This document shows, piece after piece, positions 48,414-58,134 of a DNA stretch of 64,000 nucleotides. The notes under the pieces were generated by a model that saw only the letters and a program-made list of their open reading frames with translations, searched no databases and was not told the origin of the DNA. Source of the DNA: an uncultured Actinomycetes bacterium (GTDB lineage Bacteria; Actinomycetota; UBA4738; HRBIN12); assembly GCA_963704885.1 (NCBI GenBank), contig CAVPIB010000004.1:896001-960000 (forward strand), written 5' to 3'. The first letter of the stretch is position 1, and each line of letters opens with the position of its first letter. The translations under genes and the position numbers were made by a program.

Positions 48414-49287
48414 CGGAGTCGCCGACGAGCTCGGCGAGTCGCGGCGTCACCATCAGCTGGTCCTCGTGATCCTTCACGACGGTGCCCAGCGTGTCGGCCG
48501 CGAGCGAGCCGTTCAGTCGATCCGCCCCCAGGAACGCCAGGGCGTTCGCCCAGTCGATGGTCTCAGCAACACCGGGGAGCTTGGCCAGGTCCATCTCGCG
48601 CAGGCGCAGGACGGCGGTGGCCACGTCGCGCGCCAGCGCCTCGCTCACGTGCGGCGCGCGCACCCGAACGATCGCCACCTCGCGCTCCAGACCCGGGTGA
48701 TCGATCCAGTGGTAAAGGCAGCGTCGCTTAAGCGCATCGTGCAGCTCGCGGGTCCGGTTCGAGGTGACCACGACGGCCGGCGGGGTCTCGGCGGCCACCC
48801 GTCCGATCTCGGGGATGGTCACAGCGAACTCCGACAGGATCTCCAGCAGGAACGCCTCGAACTCGTCGTCGGCGCGGTCCAGCTCGTCGACCAGCAGGAC
48901 GGCTTTGGAGCCGGCGCGGATGGCGGCCAACAGCGGCCGCTCCACCAGGAAGTCCGGTCCGAACAGGTCCTCCACATGCGTCTCGGCAACCGCCGCGTCC
49001 ATCGCACGGACCGCGATCAGCTGACGCGAGTAGTTCCATTCGTATAGAGCCTGCGAGGCGTCGATCCCCTCGTAGCATTGGAGCCGGATGAGCCGTCGAC
49101 CCAGAAGGGTCGAGAGCACCTTGGCGACCTCCGTCTTGCCGACTCCGGCCTCGCCCTCGAGCAGGAGCGGCTTGTCGAGAGAGAGCGCGAGGTGGATCGC
49201 GGTCGCCAGACCCCGGTCGGCCAGATAGGACTGACCACCGAGTGCCTCCTGCAGCTCGTCCACCGACGGGAACGTCGTGTCACCCAT
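48406..49287 (-). CDS. MoxR family AAA+ ATPase (CoxD-like)
   Basis: GEAGVGKT, LQCYEG, DELDR, TSNRTRELHDALKRRC. Confidence 0.93.
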   Translation of the reverse strand: MGDTTFPSVDELQEALGGQSYLADRGLATAIHLALSLDKPLLLEGEAGVGKTEVAKVLSTLLGRRLIRLQCYEGIDASQALYEWNYSRQLIAVRAMDAAVAETHVEDLFGPDFLVERPLLAAIRAGSKAVLLVDELDRADDEFEAFLLEILSEFAVTIPEIGRVAAETPPAVVVTSNRTRELHDALKRRCLYHWIDHPGLEREVAIVRVRAPHVSEALARDVATAVLRLREMDLAKLPGVAETIDWANALAFLGADRLNGSLAADTLGTVVKDHEDQLMVTPRLAELVGDSDG

Positions 49288-49331
49288 GGCTCAAGGGTAT
49301 CGGCCGCAGGCGCTTCCCGCGACGTGCTTCC

Positions 49332-50219
49332 TCAGGGTCCGGTCGGGTTGGGGGCGATGACCGGGACCGGCGGAGCGACCACGCCGCGCTGCGTCAGCCG
49401 GTTCGACACGCGTTCGCGGAGCGTGCGCTCGATCTCCCAGCGCTTGGACGGGATCGTCTCCGCGACCACCCGCAGGATCTGAGCTGCGTCGGTCAGCTGC
49501 ACCACGCCGAGCACCTCGGGACCGCTCCGGAGCGCTCCGGCGAACGGCTGGGCCTCGCGGATCTCGTCGAAGAGCTCGGTCAGGATCGTGCGCACCACAT
49601 CGATGTCCTGGTCGTAGGCCAGCCGCAGATCGACGATCGCGCGTCCCCAACCGCGGGTCTTGTTGCTGGTCACCACGATGTTGCCGTTGGGCACGATGTT
49701 GAGCGTGCCATCGAACGAGCGGACCATGGTGATCCGCAGCGTCAACCCGGCGACCGTGCCGGAGACCGGGTCCCCGGAGGTCTGCAGCTCCACCGTGTCG
49801 CCCACGTCGTACTGGTTCTCCGCCAGGATGAAGAAGCCCGACAGCGTGTCCTTCACGATCGTCTGCGCGCCGAAGCCGAGCGCCACGCCCGCGATACCGG
49901 CCGTCGCGAGCAGCGGTCCCAGGTTCACGCCGATCGACGTGAGGATGACCAGCACGACGACGGTCCACACGACGAGTTGGAACGTGCTGAGCAACAGGTG
50001 TGCCACGGTCGCGCTGCGCCGGGCCTGACGGAGCCGCTCGCGTTCGGTCCCGTCGGCGAGCTCTGCGGCGCGATGGTCGAGCCGTCGCACGTACCGGCGG
50101 GCGAGCAGGTTGATGATCACCGCCGACAGGAGGATCAGCCCAAGCGCGATGCCTACGGTGAGCCACCACTCCGCGCTGAAGCGAGGAGGGTCTGATTGCT
50201 GCGCAAGAAAGCCGAACAT
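49332..50219 (-). CDS. MscS mechanosensitive channel
   Basis: GVALGFGAQ, ENQYDVGD, VPNG. Confidence 0.92.
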   Translation of the reverse strand: MFGFLAQQSDPPRFSAEWWLTVGIALGLILLSAVIINLLARRYVRRLDHRAAELADGTERERLRQARRSATVAHLLLSTFQLVVWTVVVLVILTSIGVNLGPLLATAGIAGVALGFGAQTIVKDTLSGFFILAENQYDVGDTVELQTSGDPVSGTVAGLTLRITMVRSFDGTLNIVPNGNIVVTSNKTRGWGRAIVDLRLAYDQDIDVVRTILTELFDEIREAQPFAGALRSGPEVLGVVQLTDAAQILRVVAETIPSKRWEIERTLRERVSNRLTQRGVVAPPVPVIAPNPTGP

Positions 50220-50341
50220 GCCGCCCATCCAACAAGGCAGCGTCCACAGCGTCAAAGAACTGGGCGAACGCAGATAGCGAGCTAAGAACCGCAACCCGTG
50301 AGACAAGCCTCGCGACGTAGGGAGAGTTTCTTGTATAGAGG

Positions 50342-50368
50342 TGTCGAACAGGACACCGAACGTTCGTA
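50342..50368 (+). promoter_or_regulatory. ECF42-type promoter
   Basis: TGTCGA-N17-CGTA upstream of the DGPF gene; a parallel TGCCGA-N17-CGTC is at 54674. Confidence 0.55.
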
Positions 50369-50418
50369 GCCAGGGTGAGCGGCGGGACCGACCGCCCCAG
50401 CCACGGGAGGAGTCAACC

Positions 50419-50781
50419 ATGGCCAAGTACCTGTTGTCCGTCCACAGCGTCGAGGGCGAGGTGGGGGCCCCGGTGACCGAACAAGAGATGCAGCGGTTCA
50501 TGGATCAGGTCAACATCCTCGAGGAAGAGATGAGGTCGGCCGGCGCTTGGCTCTTCGGCGGCGCGCTGCACGAACCCGACACAGCTACTGTCGTTCGCAT
50601 GTCCGGCGGCGAGATGCTGACCACCGACGGTCCCTTCGCGGAGTCGAAGGAACACCTGGGCGGCTTCTACATCATCGAAGCCGAGGACCTCGACGCTGCG
50701 CTCGTCTGGGCGTCGAAGACCAGCGCAGCGGTCTCGCATCCCATCGAGGTCCGCCCGTTCCGGCACGTATCCGAGGCCTGA
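50419..50781 (+). CDS. YCII/DGPF family protein
   Basis: TDGPFAESKEHLGGFY, IEVRP; GGAGG RBS. Confidence 0.92.
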   Translation: MAKYLLSVHSVEGEVGAPVTEQEMQRFMDQVNILEEEMRSAGAWLFGGALHEPDTATVVRMSGGEMLTTDGPFAESKEHLGGFYIIEAEDLDAALVWASKTSAAVSHPIEVRPFRHVSEA

Positions 50782-50863
50782 CAGACTGCACGACATCGAC
50801 GCCATACCCAAGCTCGACGGGGCCGAGGTCGGCCGGATCTTCCGCGAAGAGTCCGGCCGATCC

Positions 50864-52018
50864 GTGGCCACCCTGATCCGCGTCTTCGGTGACATCGACA
50901 TCGCCGAGGATGCGGTTCAGGAGGCGTTCGCGGTCGCCCTGCGCAAGTGGCCGGTCGACGGCCTGCCGCCCAATCCGGGTGGCTGGATCACGACGACAGC
51001 TCGCAACCGTGCCATCGACCGCCTTCGCCGCGAGTCGGGTGAGAGGAAGCTGCTTCCCGACGTGGCGGTGCTCTCGCCCGGCAACGACGATCCGGGCATG
51101 CCCGAGGAGATGGGTCCCGTGAAGGACGACCGACTTCGCCTGATCTTCACCTGCTGCCATCCGGCGCTTTCCACCGAGGCGCAGGTAGCGCTGACGTTGC
51201 GCCTGCTCGGCGGGCTGACGACCGGCGAGGTAGCCCGCGCCTTCCTGGTCGCCGAGCCGACCATGGCCCAACGCATCGTCCGCGCCAAACGCAAGGTCAA
51301 GGCTGCGCGGATCCCCTACCGCATGCCGGAAGACCACGAGCTGCCCGGCCGACTGCGTCCGGTGCTGGCCGTCGTCTACCTCGTCTACAACGCCGGGCTG
51401 ACCAGCGCGGCCGAGCTGGGTCTGTGCTCAGAGGCGATCCGCCTGGCACGGATCTTGGCGACACTCATGCCCGACGAGCCAGAGGTGGCCGGCCTGTTGG
51501 CGCTGCTGCTCCTGACCGAATCCCGTCGCCCGTCGCGAACGCGGCCGGATGGCTCCCTCGTGTTGCTCGGCGAGCAGGACCGCACACGATGGAACCGGGC
51601 CTTGATCGAGGAGGGCCAGGCGATCGTCCGCGGGTGCCTTCGCCGCGACCGACCCGGTCCGTATCAGCTCCAGGCGGCCATCAATGCAGTTCATGCGGAC
51701 GCCCCGACGGTCCAAGAGACCGACTGGTCACAGATCGTTGCCCTCTACGACCGATTGCTCGTGGTTGCCCCCACGCCGGTCGTGGCTCTCAACCGCGCCA
51801 TCGCCATCGGCGAGGTGCAGGGCCCCGCCGCCGCGCTGGCCATGGTGGACGGATTGGACCTGGACAACTACCACCCGTTCCACGCCACGCGAGCCGATCT
51901 GCTTCAACGGATGGGCCGGCGCAGTGAGGCCGCGGCAGCCTACGAGCGTGCGGCCGCCATGGCGCCGACAGACGCCGAGCGGGACTTCCTCAGGCTCGGT
52001 GGCCGAGCTTCGCGCTGA
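50864..52018 (+). CDS. ECF42-type sigma factor with TPR-like C-terminus (true start probably upstream, about 50786)
   Basis: AEDAVQEAF, DDRLRLIFTCCHPAL, GPYQLQAAI; conserved IFREESGR lies in frame upstream of the GTG. Confidence 0.9.
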   Translation: MATLIRVFGDIDIAEDAVQEAFAVALRKWPVDGLPPNPGGWITTTARNRAIDRLRRESGERKLLPDVAVLSPGNDDPGMPEEMGPVKDDRLRLIFTCCHPALSTEAQVALTLRLLGGLTTGEVARAFLVAEPTMAQRIVRAKRKVKAARIPYRMPEDHELPGRLRPVLAVVYLVYNAGLTSAAELGLCSEAIRLARILATLMPDEPEVAGLLALLLLTESRRPSRTRPDGSLVLLGEQDRTRWNRALIEEGQAIVRGCLRRDRPGPYQLQAAINAVHADAPTVQETDWSQIVALYDRLLVVAPTPVVALNRAIAIGEVQGPAAALAMVDGLDLDNYHPFHATRADLLQRMGRRSEAAAAYERAAAMAPTDAERDFLRLGGRASR

Positions 52019-52091
52019 GCGGCGAGCATCCCGAGGTCGAAAGGCCGATGGTAGCTTGGGTCAAGCCGATCGAACGAACGAGGAACAGGCG

Positions 52092-52412
52092 ATGGCGACA
52101 GACAAGGCGGACGACGGCGGGCGCAGGGGTGACGAACGACTCCTGGCGCGGGCGGAGGAGGCCCTGACCGAGATCAAGGTATCGAGGGGACTATCGGAGC
52201 CGCACGCGGCGGTGCTGGCCGCGCTACGGATCCGCTTGAAAGGCGATCCGGGCGGGAACCTGGATGACCTCATGGCGGCCGCCGAAGACCTGGAAGGCCC
52301 GAGCCTCGATGACGCCTTCGAGCGATCGCAGGCAAGACCCTCTCCGTCGATCGACGATCTCATGTCGAAGGCCGAGAAGCCGAAGCGCTCGCTCGATGAC
52401 CTCCTCGGCTAA
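52092..52412 (+). CDS. Hypothetical protein with four (S/N)(L/I)DD(L/A) repeats
   Basis: GAGGA RBS, GC3-rich codons. Confidence 0.65.
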   Translation: MATDKADDGGRRGDERLLARAEEALTEIKVSRGLSEPHAAVLAALRIRLKGDPGGNLDDLMAAAEDLEGPSLDDAFERSQARPSPSIDDLMSKAEKPKRSLDDLLG

Positions 52413-52518
52413 GAACTCAAAGAGCCCGGCGCTCGAAGGGGATGCGCAACCCGGATCGCCAGCCCTTGCTGTTGCCGCTACGGGGATAGACTCGGCCAAA
52501 CCCTGGAAGGGGTGCCGA

Positions 52519-53466
52519 ATGGCACACGTCATCGACGGCGATGAGCTGGCCGAGGTCCTGCGCGCCGAGATCGAAGAGGAGGTCTCGGTCCTGCGCCTGT
52601 CCGCCGTCCGTCCCGGCCTCGCGACCGTGATCGTCGGCGCCGACCAGGCCGCCCATTGGTACGAGCGACACCTGCGGAAGCTGGCCGAGAGCCTCGACTA
52701 CCGCTACGAGAGCGAGCAGCTCTACGGCGACGCGATGCTCGACGACGTGCTGGCCACGATCGGCAAGCTGAACGCCGATCCTCGGATCACCGGCATCCTC
52801 GTCCTGCGGCCGCTACCCACTCACATCCCCGAGCACGAGGTGTTCGCGGCCGTGGACCCGCTCAAGGACGTGGAGGGCATGCACCCGTGGAACATCGGAC
52901 TCCTCGCGATCGGTACGCCGCGCTTCGTCCCATCCACGCCGGCGGCGTGCTTCTACCTGCTCGACGCCTACGCGCGTTCGCGCGACACGGACCCATCCTC
53001 GTTCTACCGCGGGAAGACGCTCGTCATCGTCGGACGGTCCACGAGCGTAGGAAAGCCGCTCGCGTTCCTCGGCCTGCAGCGTGACGCGACGGTGGTGATG
53101 TGCCACAGCAAGACCTCCGAAGCGGGCGAGTTGGCTGACTACACCCGTCGCGCCGACATCCTGATCGCGGCCGCGGGCGAACCGGGCCTGATCCACGGGG
53201 ACATGGTGCGGGACGGCGTGGTTGCGGTCGACGTCGGGACCAACGCCGTCCAGGACCCAGACTCGGGCGACGTGTTCCTCACGGGCGACCTGGACGTGTC
53301 TTCGGTCTCGGCGAAGGCGGAGGCGATCACGCCGGTGCCGGGGGGTGTCGGACCGATCACTGACGTCTGGTTGATCGGCAACGTGCTCGCCGCCGCCGCC
53401 ATGAGCGCACAGGTCGAACCCCGATTCGGGGCGCTCATCACCCGGCGCCTGCTGGGGCGCGGCTGA
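52519..53466 (+). CDS. folD: Methylene-THF dehydrogenase (FolD family, divergent)
   Basis: PGLATVIVG, KDVEG, GRS..VGKP, TPVPGGVGP. Confidence 0.85.
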   Translation: MAHVIDGDELAEVLRAEIEEEVSVLRLSAVRPGLATVIVGADQAAHWYERHLRKLAESLDYRYESEQLYGDAMLDDVLATIGKLNADPRITGILVLRPLPTHIPEHEVFAAVDPLKDVEGMHPWNIGLLAIGTPRFVPSTPAACFYLLDAYARSRDTDPSSFYRGKTLVIVGRSTSVGKPLAFLGLQRDATVVMCHSKTSEAGELADYTRRADILIAAAGEPGLIHGDMVRDGVVAVDVGTNAVQDPDSGDVFLTGDLDVSSVSAKAEAITPVPGGVGPITDVWLIGNVLAAAAMSAQVEPRFGALITRRLLGRG

Positions 53467-53561
53467 CCCTTGTACCCCTCTGCGAGCTAGCATCCTGGGC
53501 GGGACGGCAGTGGAAGGAGTGGTTCCCTGGCGCCGAGGAGCCAAGCCGGCAGATCCGACGT

Positions 53562-54602
53562 CTACCTGATACGTCTCACGTCTTCCGCGCGGAGTTCGTC
53601 GACCTCGCGCTCGAACACCTGGCGGAGACCTCGTTTCTCGTCGTCGTCCAGCCACGTCGCCTCGACGCCGTCGAGAGCCACGGCGGCCATGTCCTCGAAC
53701 GACAGGTCGAGCGCCTCGGCGACCGAGCGGTACTCCTTGCCCAGATCCAGGCCGGTCATCGCGGGGTCGTCGGTGTTCAGCGTGGCGAGCAGACCGGCCT
53801 CACGCATGCGCCGGAAGGGATGATCCGCTAGCGACGCGACCCTGTTGGCGATGAGCACGTTGCTGTTCGGACACACGGTGAGCGGGACGCGTTCCGCGGC
53901 CAGGCGTGCCGTGAGGTCTGGATCCTCCAGGATCGAGAACCCGTGGTCGATGCGCTCGGCGCCCAGCTGGTCGAGCGCGGTCCGGATGTTGTCCGGTCCC
54001 GCGTCCTCGCCTGCATGGCCGGTTCGGCGCAACCCCGCCGCGCGCGCCAGCTCGAACGCAGCCGCGTATCCCCGTAGGTCCACGCCTCGCTCCGTCGAGT
54101 CCATCCCGACGCCGATCACGCGGTCGGCGCGGCCGGCTCTCCGGAGTTCCACGAGCCTCTCGACCAGCTCCAGGCCGGCGGCTCCGCCGTAGGCGCGATC
54201 CATGTCGCAGATGGCCGCGCATCGCACGCCGGTCTCGCTCTCCGCCGCCTCGAACCCTCGGGTGATGCCATCGACGATCCCTGCTAGATCCTGGCCCCTC
54301 TCCATGTGCCGCGCCGGAGTGAAGAACGTCTCGCGATACCGCAGGCCATGAGGAGCCGCCTGGACGATCGACTCGTACGCCGCACGTTCCCAGTCCTCAG
54401 GGGTCGCGAGCAACTCCTGGACGAACCAGAAGATGTCGAGGAACCCGTTCAAGGAGTCGTATCGATACAGATCCTCGATCCGAGGCGCGGGCAGGGTACG
54501 CCCGTTCTTGCGCGCGAGCTCGGCCACGGTCGCAGGCGCGATCGTCCCCTCCAGGTGACAGTGGAGCTCGACCTTCGGAAGGCGATCGGCGATGTCGGTC
54601 AT
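53562..54602 (-). CDS. add: Adenosine/adenine deaminase
   Basis: LPKVELHCHLEG, HAGE, RIDHG, NTDDP. Confidence 0.9.
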   Translation of the reverse strand: MTDIADRLPKVELHCHLEGTIAPATVAELARKNGRTLPAPRIEDLYRYDSLNGFLDIFWFVQELLATPEDWERAAYESIVQAAPHGLRYRETFFTPARHMERGQDLAGIVDGITRGFEAAESETGVRCAAICDMDRAYGGAAGLELVERLVELRRAGRADRVIGVGMDSTERGVDLRGYAAAFELARAAGLRRTGHAGEDAGPDNIRTALDQLGAERIDHGFSILEDPDLTARLAAERVPLTVCPNSNVLIANRVASLADHPFRRMREAGLLATLNTDDPAMTGLDLGKEYRSVAEALDLSFEDMAAVALDGVEATWLDDDEKRGLRQVFEREVDELRAEDVRRIR

Positions 54603-54730
54603 CCCGCGCAGCCTACCCGTGGGTCGACTGTCCGGTACCCGCCTTCCTTGGCTATCGTCTCCTCTCGCGGAGATGCCGAGCCTGGCGCTCCCCGTTCGTC
54701 TTGTGATCGACCGTCCGAGCAAAGAAAGCG

Positions 54731-55045
54731 ATGAGATACATGCTGACATGCTGCTGATCCATCAGGGTGACTCCCCCACCCCACGATCGCCGGGGAACTG
54801 GGCGAAACTCTCCAACGAAGAGCGGCGGCGGCTACCTGCTGCTCGAGGCCGAGGACCTGGACGCGGCGATACAGCTGGCCGCACGGATCCCGGCGGCGCG
54901 CCCTGGGCGGCGCGGTCGAAGTGCGACCGATCGTGGAGTGGTAGCGACGACCCTCGAGCTGGTCTTCCGCGAGCTCTGTGGACGCGTCCTGGACCGCGTC
55001 GATCGGCTTCCTAGGCGACTTCGACCTGGCCGAGCAGGAGGCCTT
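54731..55045 (+). pseudogene. Decayed YCII gene plus 5' stub of an ECF42 sigma factor
   Basis: MRYML/LIHQG broken by an ACATGCTG duplication; GGYLLLEAEDLDAAI..VEVRPIVEW; then LELVFRE..GFLGDFDLAE. Confidence 0.75.
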
Positions 55046-55355
55046 CGCGATCGGCGCGGGGACCGACGTGGCGATAGAGACCGCAGACCTCGTGCTGAGG
55101 CGCTCGGACCCGCTCGACATCCCCATCGCGTTTGAGATCGGCCGGGGCACGCTGCGCAAGATGCGCCAGAATCTCGGCTGGGCCGTCGGCTACAACGCGA
55201 TCGCCATCCCGATCGCGGCCGGTGTCTTTCAGCCCGCGTTCGGCTTGGTGCTCCGCCCTGAGATCGCCGCGCTCTCGATGTCGGGCTCGAGCTTCATCGT
55301 CGCCATGAACGCGCTTCTCCTCAAACGCCTCCGACTCCCGACGACGGCCGCTTGA
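55046..55355 (+). pseudogene. 3' fragment of a P1B copper-type ATPase
   Basis: AIGAGTDVAIETAD, QNLGWAVGYN, MSGSS; no DKTGT or CPC/CPH region present. Confidence 0.82.
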
Positions 55356-55405
55356 TCGCGTACAGGTCCCCCACGGGAGGTGACCCGTAGGCCAACCACC
55401 TCGAG

Positions 55406-55852
55406 CTAGCGCCGGAACAACCAGGAGAGCAGCGCGCCTGAAAGCCCGGCCACGGCCCCGAACAGCAGGGCCTGGCGCGGAGTCATCAGGACCTTGCCGC
55501 CTTCCTCTACGGTGATCTTCGGCGATACCACGAGCCCCACGAACGCCCTTTGACCGATCGTGGCACCTCCGGCAGCCAGGATGCTCTGGGTTCCCCCGTA
55601 CTCGATCGAGACATCGCCGTTGGCGACCATCGGACCGCAGCCGCCGTTGCGGATGGTGACCCCGCCGTTCGCGATCACCGGGCCGCACCCTCCGTTGAGG
55701 ATCGAGAAGTTGCCCGCGGCGGCCACGAACCCCGCGCCGGCGTTGGTGAGATGCACGTCTCGCGCCTTCACCAGCCCCACCATGGAGTTCGTGACGGTTG
55801 CATCGGATTCGAACTCCAGCGACCTCGCTACACCTTGACCCATCTCGTCCAT
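55406..55852 (-). CDS. Hypothetical beta-solenoid-like repeat protein with C-terminal TM
   Basis: About 16-aa repeats containing NGGCGP; GAAAGG RBS. Confidence 0.65.
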   Translation of the reverse strand: MDEMGQGVARSLEFESDATVTNSMVGLVKARDVHLTNAGAGFVAAAGNFSILNGGCGPVIANGGVTIRNGGCGPMVANGDVSIEYGGTQSILAAGGATIGQRAFVGLVVSPKITVEEGGKVLMTPRQALLFGAVAGLSGALLSWLFRR

Positions 55853-55910
55853 GTCGACCCCTTTCCACCGGCATCCTAAGGAACGCCGAGATGGCCTGGC
55901 AGGCCTAGGC

Positions 55911-56633
55911 TCAGAGGATCTGCGCGATGTCACGAACCAGTGACGCCAGGGAGACCGCGGTGACCGCGATCAAGCCCGCTCTCCCGGTCCATACGACCGC
56001 CTGTGATCCCCAGAGGCGTCCGATCAGTGGCGCCGTCCGGTGCACGTACCACAGGGCGGGTGTCGCGGCCGCCACCACGAATCCCACCGGTCCGATGAAC
56101 GCCAACAGCAGGAGCGGGATCAGGCCGAGGACCCAGGCTTGCGAGCCACCCGGACCCGAGCCCCCTTGGAGCCACCGTTCGATGAGGCGACTGACCACGA
56201 CGCCGTATGCAGCCGGCAGCGCGATGAACATCGCGATCGCGAGCGGCAGGGGATCGAGAAGCGTGAAGTCGATCCCTCCGGGCCGGATCACCGCGGCGCC
56301 GCCGACGATGCCGCCGAAGACACCGAAGAGCGCAGCCCGCCACCGCTTCGGCGCCCACGATCGCACCGCGAGGTAGAAGATCCCGCCGAAGACGCCGAGG
56401 ATGCTCGTTGCGACGACCAGGAACAAGGTGGCCCCACTGACCTGACCGATGATGAACCCGTCGTCGGTCTCCGCTCCGTGGAGCGATGCGTTCGATGTGA
56501 CCCGCAGCACGAACATCGCGATCCGGCCGCCGATCCCTCCGATCAGCGCGCCCATGGACAGCCCGGCGACCACGGCCGTCGAGGCGCGACGGGCTTGGGT
56601 CATCAGATCCTGCTGCCAAGTGACTCCCACCAT
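55911..56633 (-). CDS. Hypothetical integral membrane protein
   Basis: About 6-7 TM segments, TDDGFIIG, GIDFTLLDP; GGAGG RBS. Confidence 0.7.
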   Translation of the reverse strand: MVGVTWQQDLMTQARRASTAVVAGLSMGALIGGIGGRIAMFVLRVTSNASLHGAETDDGFIIGQVSGATLFLVVATSILGVFGGIFYLAVRSWAPKRWRAALFGVFGGIVGGAAVIRPGGIDFTLLDPLPLAIAMFIALPAAYGVVVSRLIERWLQGGSGPGGSQAWVLGLIPLLLLAFIGPVGFVVAAATPALWYVHRTAPLIGRLWGSQAVVWTGRAGLIAVTAVSLASLVRDIAQIL

Positions 56634-56757
56634 GGTGCCTCCCACAGATGAATCCTGGCGCGGCGGGCTCAGATGTCGAGTAGGCCAGCATCCGGGTGCT
56701 GGGTGGTGGCTCCATCCCACGAGAGGATCTTTGGCCAGAGGCGCTAGCATCCGGACC

Positions 56758-58134
56758 ATGCCGGAGGAGTTCCGCACGATCATCGAGCCGTTCCGGATCC
56801 ACTCGGTGGAGCCGTTGCGCATCACGACCCTCGACGAGCGGCACGCCGCGCTCGTCGAGGCCGGGTACAACCTCTTCAACCTCCACGCCGATGACGTGCT
56901 CATAGACCTGCTGACGGACTCGGGCACCGGGGCCATGTCGCGCGATCAGTGGGCCGCCATCCAGCACGGCGACGAGAGCTACGCGGGCTCACCCTCCTGG
57001 TTCGTCTTCTTGGAGGCCGTTCAGGAGCTCTTCCCGTTCAAGCATGTGATACCGACGCACCAGGGACGGGCGGCCGAGAAGATCCTGTTCTCTGCGATCG
57101 GCGGTCCCGGCAAGGTGGTTCCGAACAACACGCACTTCGACACGACGCGCGCGAACGTGGAGTACACGGGAGCCGAGGCGGTCGACCTGCTGATCCCCGA
57201 GGGACGCCAGCCAGCGCTGGAACATCCCTTCAAGGGCAACATGGACCTCGGGGCGCTCGACGCACTCTTGTCTGAGCGCGCCGCCGACGTGCCGGCCGTC
57301 TTCGTCACGATCACGAACAACTCCGGAGGTGGACAACCGGTCTCCATGGAGAACCTCCGCGGCGTTCGCGCTTTGTGCGATCGGTTCGGCGTGCCGCTGC
57401 TCCTTGACGCGTGCCGGTTCGCTGAGAACGCCTGGTTCATCCGGATGCGGGAGGCCGGCTACGAGGATCGGCCGATCCCCGACATAGTCCGCGAGATGGC
57501 CTCGCTGGCCGACGGCATGACCATGAGCGCCAAGAAGGACCCGCTCGCGAACATCGGCGGCTGGCTGGCCACGAACGACGACACCCTTGCCGAGCGCTGC
57601 CGGACGCTGCTGATCCTGACGGAGGGCTTCCCGACCTACGGCGGCCTCGCCGGGCGGGACCTGGAAGCGATCGCCCAGGGGCTGAAGGAGTGCGTGCACC
57701 CCGACTACCTCAGGTACAGGATCCGCTCGACGGCCTACCTGGGAGAGGCGCTCGACCGCGCCGGAGTTCCCGTCGTGAAACCGATCGGCGGGCACGCCGT
57801 GTACATCGACGCGCGTGCACTGCTGCCTAACATCCCACCGCTCTCCTACCCCGGTCAGGCGTTGGCGATCGCGCTGTACGAGGCGGGGGGCATCCGCGGC
57901 TGCGAGATCGGCACGGTGATGTTCGGTCGCCGGCCCGACGGGACCGAGGAACCCGCTGCGATGGATCTGGTGCGCCTGGCGATCCCGCGCCGCACCTACA
58001 CGCAGAGCCACATCGACTACGTGATCGAGGTGGTCACCTCGGTTGCCACGAGTGCGTCGGAACTCCCCGGCTATCGCATCGCCGAGGAGGCGCCGGCGCT
58101 CCGGCACTTCACCGCCCGCTTCGAGCCGCTCTAG
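56758..58134 (+). CDS. tnaA: Tryptophanase
   Basis: EPFRIHSVE, DLLTDSGT, HQGRAAE, MSAKKD, LRHFTARF (His typical of tryptophanase rather than TPL). Confidence 0.88.
   Translation: MPEEFRTIIEPFRIHSVEPLRITTLDERHAALVEAGYNLFNLHADDVLIDLLTDSGTGAMSRDQWAAIQHGDESYAGSPSWFVFLEAVQELFPFKHVIPTHQGRAAEKILFSAIGGPGKVVPNNTHFDTTRANVEYTGAEAVDLLIPEGRQPALEHPFKGNMDLGALDALLSERAADVPAVFVTITNNSGGGQPVSMENLRGVRALCDRFGVPLLLDACRFAENAWFIRMREAGYEDRPIPDIVREMASLADGMTMSAKKDPLANIGGWLATNDDTLAERCRTLLILTEGFPTYGGLAGRDLEAIAQGLKECVHPDYLRYRIRSTAYLGEALDRAGVPVVKPIGGHAVYIDARALLPNIPPLSYPGQALAIALYEAGGIRGCEIGTVMFGRRPDGTEEPAAMDLVRLAIPRRTYTQSHIDYVIEVVTSVATSASELPGYRIAEEAPALRHFTARFEPL

Noticed and set aside
52413-52518. ZTP or THF riboswitch upstream of folD
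   Set aside because: Consensus elements not recognisable
53480-53560. Promoter plus GAAGGAG RBS suggesting a small gene after folD
   Set aside because: No canonical start, and the frame runs antisense into add
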